Shown here: one piece after another, positions 39,385 to 48,962 of the stretch
Numbering within the stretch: the first letter of the stretch is position 1
Layout of the letters: the number at the start of each line of letters is the position of its first letter
Source: Hyphomicrobiales bacterium
Lineage (GTDB): Bacteria > Pseudomonadota > Alphaproteobacteria > Rhizobiales > Aestuariivirgaceae
NCBI GenBank assembly: GCA_040379425.1
Contig: JBEILC010000001.1
Coordinates: 7,536 to 71,535 of the forward strand
Length of the DNA stretch: 64,000 bases
Reading direction: 5' to 3'
The notes under the pieces: model-generated
The model's database searches: none
The model's input: only the letters and a program-made list of their open reading frames with translations
Told to the model about the DNA's origin: nothing
Translations under genes and position numbers: made by a program

Positions 39385-39447
39385 GGACATTCCGGCGGAT
39401 GCCGGCCTGACGGGATTGCTTCATGCCAAAGGGGGATAACCCTCCCC
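39385..39447 (-). ncRNA. Conserved structured flagellin leader (flg-Rhizobiales-like motif), copy 1
   Basis: Sense strand: G/C-rich hairpin around GGG-UUAU-CCC, then GGCAUGAAGC ... CCGG ... CCGGAAUGUCC. Confidence 0.6.
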
Positions 39448-39498
39448 GTCGCGGATGATAGTAGAGAGGACTTGCTACTGCGCGGCTAAGGGAGACGG

Positions 39499-40239
39499 TT
39501 AAGAGAAAATGAAGGAGTTGATGAGGCTCCCGACAAGCAGGTTCCATCCATCGATCAGGATGAAGAACAGAACCTTGAATGGAAGCGAGATAACGGTGGG
39601 CGGTAGCATCATCATGCCCATGGACATGGTGAGCATGGCGACGATCAGGTCAATCACCAGGAAAGGTAACGCAATGAGGAAACCGATCTCGAAGCCACGC
39701 CGGAGTTCCGAGATCATGAAGGCTGGGACCAGAATCCGGAGGTCAATTTCTTCCCCTGAGCTGGTCACGATTCCTCTCTCCTCCGCAATCGACTGAAAGA
39801 GCGCCAGATCCTTCTCGCGGACATTCTTCAGCATGAAGGTCCGGAACGGATCTGTAATGCGGGTGTAGGCCTCTTCATCCGAAATCTCTCCCGCCAGATA
39901 GGGGTCAAGGCCTTCCGTCTTGGCTTTGTCGAAGACAGGCGCCATCACGAAGAAGGTGAGGAAAAGAGCGAGTGAAACGAGAACCAGATTCGCGGGTGTG
40001 CTTTGCAGCCCAAGTCCCGAGCGCAGAAAGGAGAAGGCTATCACGAAGCGCGTAAAGCTCGTGACCATGATGAGGATACCCGGCGCAATCGACAGGACTG
40101 TCAGCAGCGCCGCAAACTGGATGATCCTTCCGGTTACGCTGGCGTCGCCCGTGGGTAACAGGTTCCCAAGATCGGGGACCTGCGCTGCCGCGGGAGCAGA
40201 CAGCAGGATCAGCGCAGCTAATGCGTAAGAGGTTCTCAT
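39499..40239 (-). CDS. fliP: Flagellar export protein FliP
   Basis: LIMVTSFTRFVIAFSFLRSGLG, PAFMISEL, PFLVIDL, MGMMMLPP, LPFKVLFFILIDGW. Confidence 0.96.
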   Translation of the reverse strand: MRTSYALAALILLSAPAAAQVPDLGNLLPTGDASVTGRIIQFAALLTVLSIAPGILIMVTSFTRFVIAFSFLRSGLGLQSTPANLVLVSLALFLTFFVMAPVFDKAKTEGLDPYLAGEISDEEAYTRITDPFRTFMLKNVREKDLALFQSIAEERGIVTSSGEEIDLRILVPAFMISELRRGFEIGFLIALPFLVIDLIVAMLTMSMGMMMLPPTVISLPFKVLFFILIDGWNLLVGSLINSFIFS

Positions 40240-40778
40240 TCGACGACCAGGCCATGGATGAGAACGCGCCGCACCTGTCCCCCGGATAGAGTCGTCAGGG
40301 TCTCGTTAAGATCGTCCTTCAACCCCAGTATGCCGGACGCGCTATCGAGTTGATCTAACCGAACACTCCTGAGATAGGCGAGAATCTGTTCGCCCGCCTC
40401 CTCGGCAAGAAGCTCGGGCGCCTTCTGGCTTTCCGCGTTGATGAGAATAGAACCCTCAAGCCTTATCCATTTGCCCTTGGGATAGGCAAGTGTCGTGAGG
40501 ACGGGAGGAAAGGGAACAATCTTCAGCTCCGCGGCGGTGAGCACCTCTTCGTCCGTCTCTCCCTCCGGCACCTGTGCCTGACGCTCCGCGGCTCCAGGCT
40601 CGGCCGTTTGGGCTTCGGCAGTTGCATCTTCGGTTGCAGCGGCCGTTGCGGGTTCTTCGGCCTCGCCCAGCATGGCGCCCACGGCAAAGCCAACGCCTGC
40701 ACCCACCAAAGTGAGGAGAATGACGATGACCAGGGTCATCATCACGTCACGCTTGCCGCTGGCGGGTGCTGATGCCAT
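40236..40778 (-). CDS. fliL: Flagellar basal body-associated protein FliL
   Basis: N-terminal TM segment; FPPVLTTLAYP..WIRLE; LKDDLNE; between flgH and fliP. Start 40778 inferred. Confidence 0.85.
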   Translation of the reverse strand: MASAPASGKRDVMMTLVIVILLTLVGAGVGFAVGAMLGEAEEPATAAATEDATAEAQTAEPGAAERQAQVPEGETDEEVLTAAELKIVPFPPVLTTLAYPKGKWIRLEGSILINAESQKAPELLAEEAGEQILAYLRSVRLDQLDSASGILGLKDDLNETLTTLSGGQVRRVLIHGLVVE

Positions 40779-40783
40779 GTGTC

Positions 40784-41494
40784 CTAGAAGGGCGAAACCC
40801 GGTCCCAGATCTGCTGGCCCCACCCCGGCTGCTGTGCTTCCGTAATGCGGCCGCGCCCCCCATAGGCAATCCGTGCCTCGGCGATCTTTTCATAGGAAAT
40901 GGTATTCTCGGGCGAGATATCGGCGGGTCTCACGAGGCCAGACACCTTCAAGGTCCGCTGCTCGAAGTTCACTACCAGCTCCTGGCTGCCCTCGATCAAG
41001 AGATAGCCGTTCGGCATGACACGCGTGACGACTGCGGCGACAGACAGGTCAATCCGCTCGGAGCGCGCAGTCGTGCCCTGGCCGTTGCTGCGGCTGTTCG
41101 ATTCGATATTGCCATCGCCACTGACGTCTGACTTGACCACGCCCATGACGTTGAAGTTGAGTCCGAGTTCCCCATCCGTCTCGGAGCTGCGGCTTCGGTT
41201 GGAGGAGTTGTTGAGCGTGGCGCGGTCGTCGATCTCGATGTTCACCGTGATGAGGTCACCCTTGCGGCTGGCGCGGGCATCACGGAAGAAGTCGGCATTG
41301 CCGCCGATCCAATCGGGCCGGGGTTCGGCCAGTTCTTCCACAGCCGCTACCGAGGGATTGGCCGAGGCCTCTCCAAGGCTAGCACCGACGGGCGAGAGTT
41401 CCGGAGCACGCCCGAAGTCCGATACATCGGGTGCGCAGCCCTGAATGAGAAATGCCATGGCCAGGCTCGTGAGACCGAGTGAACGGGAATTCAA
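40784..41494 (-). CDS. flgH: L-ring protein
   Basis: Lipobox IQGC; FFRDARA..KGDLITVNI; PNGYLLIEGSQE; IAEARIAYGGRG. Confidence 0.95.
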   Translation of the reverse strand: MNSRSLGLTSLAMAFLIQGCAPDVSDFGRAPELSPVGASLGEASANPSVAAVEELAEPRPDWIGGNADFFRDARASRKGDLITVNIEIDDRATLNNSSNRSRSSETDGELGLNFNVMGVVKSDVSGDGNIESNSRSNGQGTTARSERIDLSVAAVVTRVMPNGYLLIEGSQELVVNFEQRTLKVSGLVRPADISPENTISYEKIAEARIAYGGRGRITEAQQPGWGQQIWDRVSPF

Positions 41495-41994
41495 GGCGTG
41501 TCCTTTCCTCCGGGTGCAGCGCTGGCGATGACCTTCGCCATGCGCGCTGCGGTGTCAGGATTCATCTCGTCCAGGATGGCGCTTGCCTGCCGGGGCTTGA
41601 GTTGCCGTAGCACCGAAGCGGCGAGCCAAACGTCAAGCTGGGCCAGTTGCTGGGACGCTGCCTCTGCATCCATGACGGCATAGATTTCCACAAGCTCCTG
41701 CCTGGCGAGATTGCGAAGATCTTCCCGGCGCTTCAGAAGCGCCTCGAGTTCGCCCTTCTCCTGCTCCAGCCGATTGATCTTCTCATTCATGCGGGCTTCA
41801 AGTTCCTTGAGCGCCGCGGTCTGGTTGAACATCCGTCTTTCGGCGGCCGCATCCGAGACCGTCACGCAATACTCCTCGATGGCCTGGCGGACATCGTCCG
41901 GGCTCCCTGCCGTGGTTGGAGTTTCGGCGGGAAGCCTCTGAGTTGCCAGGCCCAGGCAGGCGGCAAAGATGGTCAGGCGGATAAGAGTTTTCAT
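41491..41994 (-). CDS. motE: MotE chaperone family protein
   Basis: Signal peptide, YC..VSDAA.ERR, coiled coil, IY..MDAEAA..QL, LRQLKPRQASAILDEM. Confidence 0.85.
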   Translation of the reverse strand: MKTLIRLTIFAACLGLATQRLPAETPTTAGSPDDVRQAIEEYCVTVSDAAAERRMFNQTAALKELEARMNEKINRLEQEKGELEALLKRREDLRNLARQELVEIYAVMDAEAASQQLAQLDVWLAASVLRQLKPRQASAILDEMNPDTAARMAKVIASAAPGGKDTP

Positions 41995-43091
41995 TGGATC
42001 ACGAGCTCTGCCTGCAACGCGCCCGCCGTCTTGATTGCCTGCAGAATGGCGATGATGCCCGCAGGCTTCAGGCCGATCCGGTTCAGGCCATGAACGAGCC
42101 TCTCGAGACTCGGTCCTTCGAGAAGGGCAACCGTCGCATCCTCCTGCTCAGTCAATACGGTCGTCGAGGGCACAACCACTGTCTCTCCGAGCGACAGTGG
42201 CTCGGGCTGAACCACATCGGGAGACTCGGTCACCCTGATGGTGATGTTGCCATGCGCAACCGCTACAGGAGAGACCCTGACATTGCTGCCGATGACGATG
42301 GTGCCGGTCTTCTCGTCGATGACCACGCGTGCTGGGGTATCGGCCTCGACCATAAGGTTTCCAATGTCGGCAATCAGGCGCGAGGCTGAAGTTCCAGCAG
42401 GCCTCTTGATGGACACCGTCCGTAGATCATCTGCACCCGCAATGGCCTTCCCGAACGTCTTGCTTGCATAATCATTGATGACGTCAGCGATTGCAGCCGA
42501 TGTGTTGAAGTCCGGATTCCTGATCTTGAGCGACAGCGATTCGACGCTGTTGAAATCCGCCGTGAGTTCCCGCTCGATCAGTGCGCCGCCTGGTATTCGT
42601 CCACCTGTTGGCGTTCCCTGTGAGACGGACTCGGCCTGGCCGGCAGCGGCCAGGCCGGTCACCGAAACTGCCCCTTGCGCCACGGCATAGGCTTTGCCGT
42701 CCGATGCTGAAAGCGGCGTCATCACCAGCGTACCACCCATCAGCGACGTCGCATCGCCGAGCGATGAGACCGTGACGTCGATCCTCTCGCCGGGCGTCAC
42801 GAAGGGAGGAAGTTTCGCCGTGACCACGACGGCGGCAATGTTGAGCGCCCTGATCGAGTCAGGGGGCACGCCCACGCCGAGCCTCTGCAGCATGGAGCGG
42901 GCCGACTGCTCGGTGAAAGGCGAGTTCCGCATGCTGTCACCTGTGCCGGCAAGCCCAATCACAAGGCCATAGCCGACGAGTTGGTTCTCGCGGATGCCCT
43001 GGACATCCGTAATGTCCTTGATGCGTGAACCGGCTGATGCAGCCAAAGTGAATGCAAGCAGCATGGCAGCGGAAAGGAGAATGCGGCTCAT
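41991..43091 (-). CDS. flgI: P-ring protein
   Basis: SRIKDI, RENQLVGYGLVIGLAGTGD, AAVVVTAKLPPF, IAILQAIKTAGALQAEL. Confidence 0.96.
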   Translation of the reverse strand: MSRILLSAAMLLAFTLAASAGSRIKDITDVQGIRENQLVGYGLVIGLAGTGDSMRNSPFTEQSARSMLQRLGVGVPPDSIRALNIAAVVVTAKLPPFVTPGERIDVTVSSLGDATSLMGGTLVMTPLSASDGKAYAVAQGAVSVTGLAAAGQAESVSQGTPTGGRIPGGALIERELTADFNSVESLSLKIRNPDFNTSAAIADVINDYASKTFGKAIAGADDLRTVSIKRPAGTSASRLIADIGNLMVEADTPARVVIDEKTGTIVIGSNVRVSPVAVAHGNITIRVTESPDVVQPEPLSLGETVVVPSTTVLTEQEDATVALLEGPSLERLVHGLNRIGLKPAGIIAILQAIKTAGALQAELVIQ

Positions 43092-43561
43092 TCGTTCTTC
43101 ACCGCGAGCTTGCCGTCCTCCCGTACCTCCGCGCGGACGATGACGCCAGTCGTCAAGTTGCGAAGCGAGATGACATCACCCGTGCTGCCGTCCTCAAGCG
43201 CCAGGAGCTTTGTGGAAATGGAGAAACCGCTTTCTTCATAGGAGGCAGTCACCTTCTCGCCCTGCCTCACAGCCAGCGGCTTCATCAAGGCAGACAGATG
43301 GATGGGCCTGCCCGCACGCAAGCTTCGGCGGGCTTCCTTGCCGATGATCTCGTCCTCTGAAAGCGCGATGCCACGGAGCGAGCGGGGCGTTGTCATGAAC
43401 TTGCGCTGCATCAGGTCGCTGGCAGCGATGACGTCACCGGGCGCGATCGCCGTACTTGGTACAGGCAGAAGGCGTATGCCCGCACTGTCTTGCGCTGTGG
43501 CGGACAGCGTCGCGGCGGCATGTGCCACCAAGGCGGCAACAAGGGTGCGGAACCTCGGCAT
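43088..43561 (-). CDS. flgA: P-ring formation chaperone
   Basis: Signal peptide, SAF-like IAPGDVI, ALEDGSTGDVISLRN..TG; between flgG and flgI. Confidence 0.85.
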   Translation of the reverse strand: MPRFRTLVAALVAHAAATLSATAQDSAGIRLLPVPSTAIAPGDVIAASDLMQRKFMTTPRSLRGIALSEDEIIGKEARRSLRAGRPIHLSALMKPLAVRQGEKVTASYEESGFSISTKLLALEDGSTGDVISLRNLTTGVIVRAEVREDGKLAVKNE

Positions 43562-43564
43562 GGA

Positions 43565-44353
43565 CTAGCGGATGCCCTTGCTCACTACTCCGGCCATGTC
43601 ATCCGCAGCCTGAATTATCTTGGAATTCATCTCATAGGCGCGCTGTGCCGAAATCAGCTCCGTGATTTCGCGAATGGGGTCGACATTCGAGCTCTCGAGA
43701 TAACCTTGCTGCAGCGTGCCGAAGGAGATGCTGCCCGGCAGGCCTGATACGGCCGCTCCCGAAGCCTCTGTCTGCTGGAACAGATTGCCGCCAAGGGCAT
43801 TGAGCCCCGCCGGGTTGGGGAAATTGGCCAGCGTGATCTGGCCGACTGACACCATGTCTGCCTGGCCCTGGAGTTTCGCGAAGACTTCGCCGGTCTGGTT
43901 TATCTCGATGGCTGTCGTGCCGGCAGGAACCGTGATCGCGGGCTCGACGAGATAGCCGTCCGCTGTCACGATCTGCCCCTGTGCATTGGTGTTGAATGCG
44001 CCTGCCCGGGTATAGAGCGTTTCGCCATTCGGCCCTCCAACCTGGAACCAGCCTGGTCCGTTGATCGCGATGTCAAGGCGGTTGCCGGTCTCTGCGAGAG
44101 GCCCCTGGATGTTCAGAAACCGGATGGCCGCCAGCCTTGTGCCAAGGCCTAGTTGAGCGCCTTCTGGAATGACTCCCTCCCCCGTCTGGTTGGGAATGCC
44201 CTGGACGCGCTCCATCTGGTAGAGCAGATCGGTGAACTCAGCCCGCGTGCGCTTGAATCCGGTGGTATTGATGTTCGCGATGTTGTTGGCGATCACCTCC
44301 ACATTGAGCTGTTGAGCCGACATGCCGGTAGCGGCAATTGAAAGAGCGCGCAT
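43565..44353 (-). CDS. flgG: Distal rod protein
   Basis: [62 protein letters not shown]. Confidence 0.96.
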   Translation of the reverse strand: MRALSIAATGMSAQQLNVEVIANNIANINTTGFKRTRAEFTDLLYQMERVQGIPNQTGEGVIPEGAQLGLGTRLAAIRFLNIQGPLAETGNRLDIAINGPGWFQVGGPNGETLYTRAGAFNTNAQGQIVTADGYLVEPAITVPAGTTAIEINQTGEVFAKLQGQADMVSVGQITLANFPNPAGLNALGGNLFQQTEASGAAVSGLPGSISFGTLQQGYLESSNVDPIREITELISAQRAYEMNSKIIQAADDMAGVVSKGIR

Positions 44354-44362
44354 TCCAGTCTC

Positions 44363-44674
44363 CTAAATCTGCATACGGCTGATTTCGAGGTATGAACTCA
44401 CGGCCTTGTCGCGCACGGCGAGTGCTGTCTGCAGCGTGCGCTCGGCAGCCATCACGCGTTCGACCACAGTCTGAAGCGGAAGGCTTCCCTGGATGCCGGC
44501 GAGTGCCGCGGCCTCGCCCTGCCGGACGGCGCCTGCCGCCTCGCCTGCGAGATTGCGGAGCACATCCGCGAACCCCCCCGGGGCCGCAGCCTCTGCTTGC
44601 GGCGGGCTCGTGCCCTGGGCAGGCCGCATGGCGAGCTCGGGCAGCGACGAGGTGACTGATGAAATGAGGCTCAT
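44363..44674 (-). CDS. fliE: Hook-basal body complex protein
   Basis: VMAAERTLQTALAVRDKAVSSYLEISRMQI. Confidence 0.93.
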   Translation of the reverse strand: MSLISSVTSSLPELAMRPAQGTSPPQAEAAAPGGFADVLRNLAGEAAGAVRQGEAAALAGIQGSLPLQTVVERVMAAERTLQTALAVRDKAVSSYLEISRMQI

Positions 44675-44675
44675 G

Positions 44676-45098
44676 TCACTGGCCCTTCAACAGATCGACC
44701 ATCATCGAGGTCATTTCACGGGCCTGGCGGATCATTTGCAGGTTCGCCTCGTAGGATCTGCTTGCCTCACGCATGTCGGCCATCTCGACCATCATGTTCA
44801 CGTTGGGAAGTTTGACGTAACCCGCAGCGTCTGCCGCCGGGTGGCCCGGCTGAAACTCTGTCTGGAAGGGTTCCATGTCGCGGACCACGCGGTTCACCTG
44901 GACGAGTGAGGCTCCCGTCACTTCGTCCAGTGACTGTTCGAATGTCACCATTTTGCGGCGGTAGGGGTCAGCGCCGGGCGTGTTGCCGGCCGACTCGGCG
45001 TTGGCAAGATTCTCGGATACGATCTTGAGGCGTGTCGACTGACTCTGTAGGCCTGAAGCCGCCGTGCGCATGACGGAGAGAAGAGGATCGACCGTCAT
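44676..45098 (-). CDS. flgC: Proximal rod protein
   Basis: SENLANAES, DPYRRK, PGHPAADAAGYVKLPNVN, ASRSYEANL. Confidence 0.96.
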   Translation of the reverse strand: MTVDPLLSVMRTAASGLQSQSTRLKIVSENLANAESAGNTPGADPYRRKMVTFEQSLDEVTGASLVQVNRVVRDMEPFQTEFQPGHPAADAAGYVKLPNVNMMVEMADMREASRSYEANLQMIRQAREMTSMMVDLLKGQ

Positions 45099-45099
45099 G

Positions 45100-45471
45100 T
45101 CAAGCCTTCACGCTGGACAGCAGCATGCGATGAAAGCTCCGTACGATGCTGGCATCGATGTTCATCATGCGGCTGCTGGAACTCGCTGTCATCAGCTCCT
45201 TCTCGACGGAGATATTGTTGCCGGAGTGTGAGCTGCTCCAGCCGGTGCCCGCACGCGTGCCTGCCGCGCGCAGTTCATTTTCCGGCAATGACATGTGCAT
45301 GGGCGAAGTCGCCGTCAGCGCGACGGACGGACCTTCGAGATAGGAAGAGAACGGATTCACCTCTCGCGCCCGGTAGCCGGGCGTATTGGCATTGGCGATG
45401 TTTGCTGCCGTCACCGACTGCCGTTCAGCAAGCCACGTCATGTGACGGGATGCGACATCGAAGAGATGCAA
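45100..45471 (-). CDS. flgB: Proximal rod protein
   Basis: RQSVTAANIANANTPGYRARE, SGNNISVEKE. Confidence 0.94.
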   Translation of the reverse strand: MHLFDVASRHMTWLAERQSVTAANIANANTPGYRAREVNPFSSYLEGPSVALTATSPMHMSLPENELRAAGTRAGTGWSSSHSGNNISVEKELMTASSSSRMMNIDASIVRSFHRMLLSSVKA

Positions 45472-45516
45472 CGCTCTGACCTCCTTGAATAGAGGACCTT
45501 GTCCTATGGCATCAAG

Positions 45517-45531
45517 CTTGTCCCGGCCTTG
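45517..45531 (-). promoter_or_regulatory. Candidate Rem-type class II motif upstream of flgB
   Basis: - strand CAAG-GCCGGGA-CAAG, an 11-nt-period direct repeat. Confidence 0.55.
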
Positions 45532-45537
45532 CCCGGC

Positions 45538-46626
45538 TCAGTTTACGGATGATGGCCTGGCTAAGCGGCCGCGGCTGTTGAGGTAGTGAATGATCTCGGC
45601 GACCGCACGGTAGAACTCCGGCGGAATCTGCTCATCGACGTCGACCTGGTCGTAGAGGCTGCGTGCCAGCGGCTTGTTTTCCACGAGCGGCACGGAGTGC
45701 TCGCTCGCGATCTCGCGAATGCGGCGCGCCAGGTGATCGACACCCTTGGCCACCACGATTGGCGCACCTCCCTGGTCCTTGTCATAGCGCAGCGCCACGG
45801 CATAGTGTGTGGGATTGGTGATCACCATGCTTGCGGAGGGAAGGCGGTCGAGCAAGTTGTGGGAAGACCGCTGCCGGGCGGCATGTCTTGCCCTGGCCTT
45901 GAGATAGGGGTCGCCCTCGGCCTCTTTCATCTCCTGCTTCACGTCATGTTGCGTCATGCGCAGTTCGCGCCGCCAGCGAAGCCTGGACCAGACCAAGTCC
46001 GCGATCGCCAGTGCCAGCGCGAGTACGAGAAGCGGGACGAGCAGGTCCGTGGCCATGTCAAGCAGCAGGCCGGGCAGCAGATAGGGATCAGCCCAGAGCG
46101 CAGAGGCATAACGGCCGAGATCATGCTTCAGGACAAACCAGAGAATTGCCCCGGCAGCCAGGAGTTTGAGTATGGACTTCAGAAATTCAATCAGGCCCAT
46201 CTTCCCGAACAGCCGCGTCCAGCCCGCGAAGAGCGAGATGCGCGCCACTCGCGGCGTGATGCGCTCGCCAGCCGCTGATGGAACGTTCTGAACCAGTGAC
46301 GCGATGATGGTGCCCACCGCGATCACCGCCATGATGGGAACTACGGCGACGGAGATATCGAGGAAAAGACCGGTCAGGAGTATGGCGGTTGCCTCGCGGT
46401 CGGCAAGGCGCAGGGTGCCCGCCGCATCCATCGCTTCCCTGAGAGCCTCGGTAACCCGCATGGCCGACCAGCTTCCGAGGAAAAGGAGTGCGCCCAGTAT
46501 TGCGGAGATCGAGCCGAGCAGGGTTGCCTCCCGCGCCACCGGCACGTTGCCTTTCTTGATGGCATCGGCGATCCGCTTCTCTGTCGGTTCCTCTGTCTTG
46601 CTTTCTTGGTCTTGTTCTTCGGCCAT
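45538..46626 (-). CDS. flhB: Flagellar export/substrate-switch protein
   Basis: KTEEPTEKR, EGDP, autocleavage NPTHYAVALRY, PIVVAKG, LARSLY. Confidence 0.96.
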   Translation of the reverse strand: MAEEQDQESKTEEPTEKRIADAIKKGNVPVAREATLLGSISAILGALLFLGSWSAMRVTEALREAMDAAGTLRLADREATAILLTGLFLDISVAVVPIMAVIAVGTIIASLVQNVPSAAGERITPRVARISLFAGWTRLFGKMGLIEFLKSILKLLAAGAILWFVLKHDLGRYASALWADPYLLPGLLLDMATDLLVPLLVLALALAIADLVWSRLRWRRELRMTQHDVKQEMKEAEGDPYLKARARHAARQRSSHNLLDRLPSASMVITNPTHYAVALRYDKDQGGAPIVVAKGVDHLARRIREIASEHSVPLVENKPLARSLYDQVDVDEQIPPEFYRAVAEIIHYLNSRGRLARPSSVN

Positions 46627-46644
46627 CAGCCCTCCATGGGCTCA

Positions 46645-47667
46645 TCAGGCGGAAGGGTCATCGCCGGACGGAAGCTCGAGTTCGCCGCGCTGTGCCATTT
46701 CCAGAACTCTGGCGACGATGGCGCTGCGCGCTGCCTCGCCTTCCTTGGTGCGAACACCCTTGTCGTTCGCGAGTTCGGCCTCGACCATGCGGCGTGCGCG
46801 CGCGCCGAGAGATGAGAGGGCCACTTCCTTGACAGCGGCGTCTATGCCCTTAAGCGCGAGAACCACCTGATCGGGCTGCAGTTTGTCGAAGAGCGCCAGC
46901 CGCGCCTCCTGCGTCAAGGCTCCGAGGTCCTCAAACGCAAAGATCATGCGCTTCAGCTTGCTGGCCTCCTCCGGCTTCCAGGCTGCAACGCCTGCGAGTA
47001 TCTCACCTGACATGTCGCGATCGATCTTGTTGAGCATGGCCGCCAAGCGTCCCCTTCCTTCGACTTCGAGGTTAGCATCCGCCTTCGCGAGCAGGTCGCG
47101 CTCGAGAGCTGTCTCCACGACTCCTTCCACGTCTTTGTGAACGGGCTGCACCTTGAGGAGCCGCCGCGCAACCGTGACACGGAAATCACCGGGAAGAATG
47201 GAGAGGCAGCGGGCGCCAAACTCAGAATCGAGCCGTGACAGGACATAGGCAATGGTCTGCGGGTGTTCATCCAGGAGATAGGGCACGAGCGCATTCTCCA
47301 TGCCGCTTTCAAACTTCCGCCAGACCGGCTCTCCCGCGTGCATGATCTGGTTTCCGAGCATGCTCGAAAGCTCACTGGGCGAGAATGCTCTTTCGACAAG
47401 GCTTTTTACGGCTTCGAAATCCGTACCGAGGCCGATGGCCTTGGCGAAATGCGCGGCGAAATCATCAACGAGGAGGTCGAGGTCCTGTTTCTCGACGCGC
47501 GCAATCGAAGAGGCCGTCTCCATGATGGCCTTCACCTCGCCGGCATCAAATTTCTGGAGCAGCTGCGGGCCGAGCTTGTCCCCGAGCGCAAGCAGCAGAA
47601 TGGCCACGCGCTCGCGCCCGCTGCGTGTCTGCGCTGTCATCGAGTCCCTTGCGGCATGCGTGGACAC
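46645..47667 (-). CDS. fliG: Flagellar motor switch protein
   Basis: VAILLLALG, EHPQTIAYVLS, MIFAFEDL, LALKG, RARRMVEAEL. Confidence 0.93.
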   Translation of the reverse strand: MSTHAARDSMTAQTRSGRERVAILLLALGDKLGPQLLQKFDAGEVKAIMETASSIARVEKQDLDLLVDDFAAHFAKAIGLGTDFEAVKSLVERAFSPSELSSMLGNQIMHAGEPVWRKFESGMENALVPYLLDEHPQTIAYVLSRLDSEFGARCLSILPGDFRVTVARRLLKVQPVHKDVEGVVETALERDLLAKADANLEVEGRGRLAAMLNKIDRDMSGEILAGVAAWKPEEASKLKRMIFAFEDLGALTQEARLALFDKLQPDQVVLALKGIDAAVKEVALSSLGARARRMVEAELANDKGVRTKEGEAARSAIVARVLEMAQRGELELPSGDDPSA

Positions 47668-47678
47668 AAAAATCCTCT

Positions 47679-48035
47679 TTAGGCTGAGGACTGGCCGTCA
47701 TCTGTGACTTCGGTGATCGTGAGGCCAAGCCGGTCGCCATCGCCCTCAAGCACGAATATCTCGCCGCGCGCCACTTCACGCCCATTCACGAGGAGCTTCG
47801 CGGCTGCTCCGATCTTCTCGTCCAGTGTGATGGTGGCGCCCGGCTTGAGTTCAGCGACCTGGGACAGTGGCAGGCGGGCGGTGCCAATGACAACCTGCAC
47901 AGACACGGGAATGCGGAGGACCGCACTTGGCAGCCGCAGCACGGCGGAGGGCTCACGTGCAGGTGCTTCATCCCATGCATTGAGTTCGGGCAAGTGGTCA
48001 CCAAGGGTCGCTGTCATCGGTCTGGCCTGGGTCAA
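47679..48035 (-). CDS. fliN: Flagellar motor switch protein
   Basis: SPOA domain IPVSVQVVIG..L.PG..I.LD..IG....LLVNGREVARGEI. Start may be 48017. Confidence 0.92.
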   Translation of the reverse strand: MTQARPMTATLGDHLPELNAWDEAPAREPSAVLRLPSAVLRIPVSVQVVIGTARLPLSQVAELKPGATITLDEKIGAAAKLLVNGREVARGEIFVLEGDGDRLGLTITEVTDDGQSSA

Positions 48036-48081
48036 GTCTGCGATGCTAGATTATTGGCGCAAACAGGGCGTCTGCGGTTTG

Positions 48082-48936
48082 TCACGTTATTGCCGCCGTG
48101 ATGCTGACGGCCAGCCGGTCTCCCGCGCGCATGAGCCGCCCCTCGAAGGCCGCAACATTGCTGCTCCAGATCGTCACCGGCGAGGTGGCGCTCGATGAGA
48201 GCTCGATCATGCGGCCAGGCCGGAGGCTTGTAACATCGGCAACCAGAAGCCTTTCGGGGGCGAGGGAGACCGTGATCTGGACATCCGATCGTCCCACTTG
48301 CTGCTGCAGTTTCTGCCGCGCCATTGCGCTTCCTGAGTCCTCTGAAGCCGTCTCCGGCCCCTTGACCTGCTCGAGGAGTTCGCGCCGCGGCATGCTCAAG
48401 CGCAACTCGCCGCTATGTCCAAACACATTGAGGATGAACCGGAATACGGCCCGTTCTTCCGTAATTGGCGGGCCGCCAGCGGCCGCTTCATTCAGAAAGT
48501 GGCTGAAGGGCCTGGCATACTCGCTAGCGAAAGCCGCCGCCATTTCCTCAGCAAACCTGCTGCGGAAGAGGTCCAGCGCCGCAGTTTCGATTTTCGAAAT
48601 CGGTCTTTCGCCAAGTTCGAATGGTGGCTCCACCCCGCCACCGCCCATCAAGGCCTCGATCAATCCGGTAATCGCTGGCCGGTCGATGGCGAGATCGACG
48701 GGGAGAGATCCCGTCCCGGATTCCAAGCGGATTGACCGGACATAGGCTTCAGCCGGCAGAAGACTCGCTTCTTCGATGCGGTCAAGGGATACCTTCCATG
48801 ACACTGGCGCCATCTGAGCCAGTGTCTTTGTGAAGCTCAGTGCAAGCAGCGCGGCAAGCTTCACCGCCTTGGGCATGGTGGCGATGGGTACTCGCTGCTG
48901 TTGCTTGAAGTGAGCGGCTGAAAGGGGGCGGGCCAT
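48082..48936 (-). CDS. fliM: Flagellar motor switch protein FliM (rhizobial type, no N-terminal EIDALL peptide)
   Basis: IEALMGGG..E...RPISKIE middle domain and C-terminal SPOA-like domain; between motA and fliN. Confidence 0.82.
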   Translation of the reverse strand: MARPLSAAHFKQQQRVPIATMPKAVKLAALLALSFTKTLAQMAPVSWKVSLDRIEEASLLPAEAYVRSIRLESGTGSLPVDLAIDRPAITGLIEALMGGGGVEPPFELGERPISKIETAALDLFRSRFAEEMAAAFASEYARPFSHFLNEAAAGGPPITEERAVFRFILNVFGHSGELRLSMPRRELLEQVKGPETASEDSGSAMARQKLQQQVGRSDVQITVSLAPERLLVADVTSLRPGRMIELSSSATSPVTIWSSNVAAFEGRLMRAGDRLAVSITAAIT

Positions 48937-48962
48937 CAGTTCATGCTCTCGTTGCCTGTCAT
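48936..48962 (-). other. 8-codon mini-[11 protein letters not shown] bridging the motA stop and fliM start
   Basis: Its ATG overlaps the motA TGA (ATGA) and its TGA overlaps the fliM ATG (TGATG). Confidence 0.4.
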
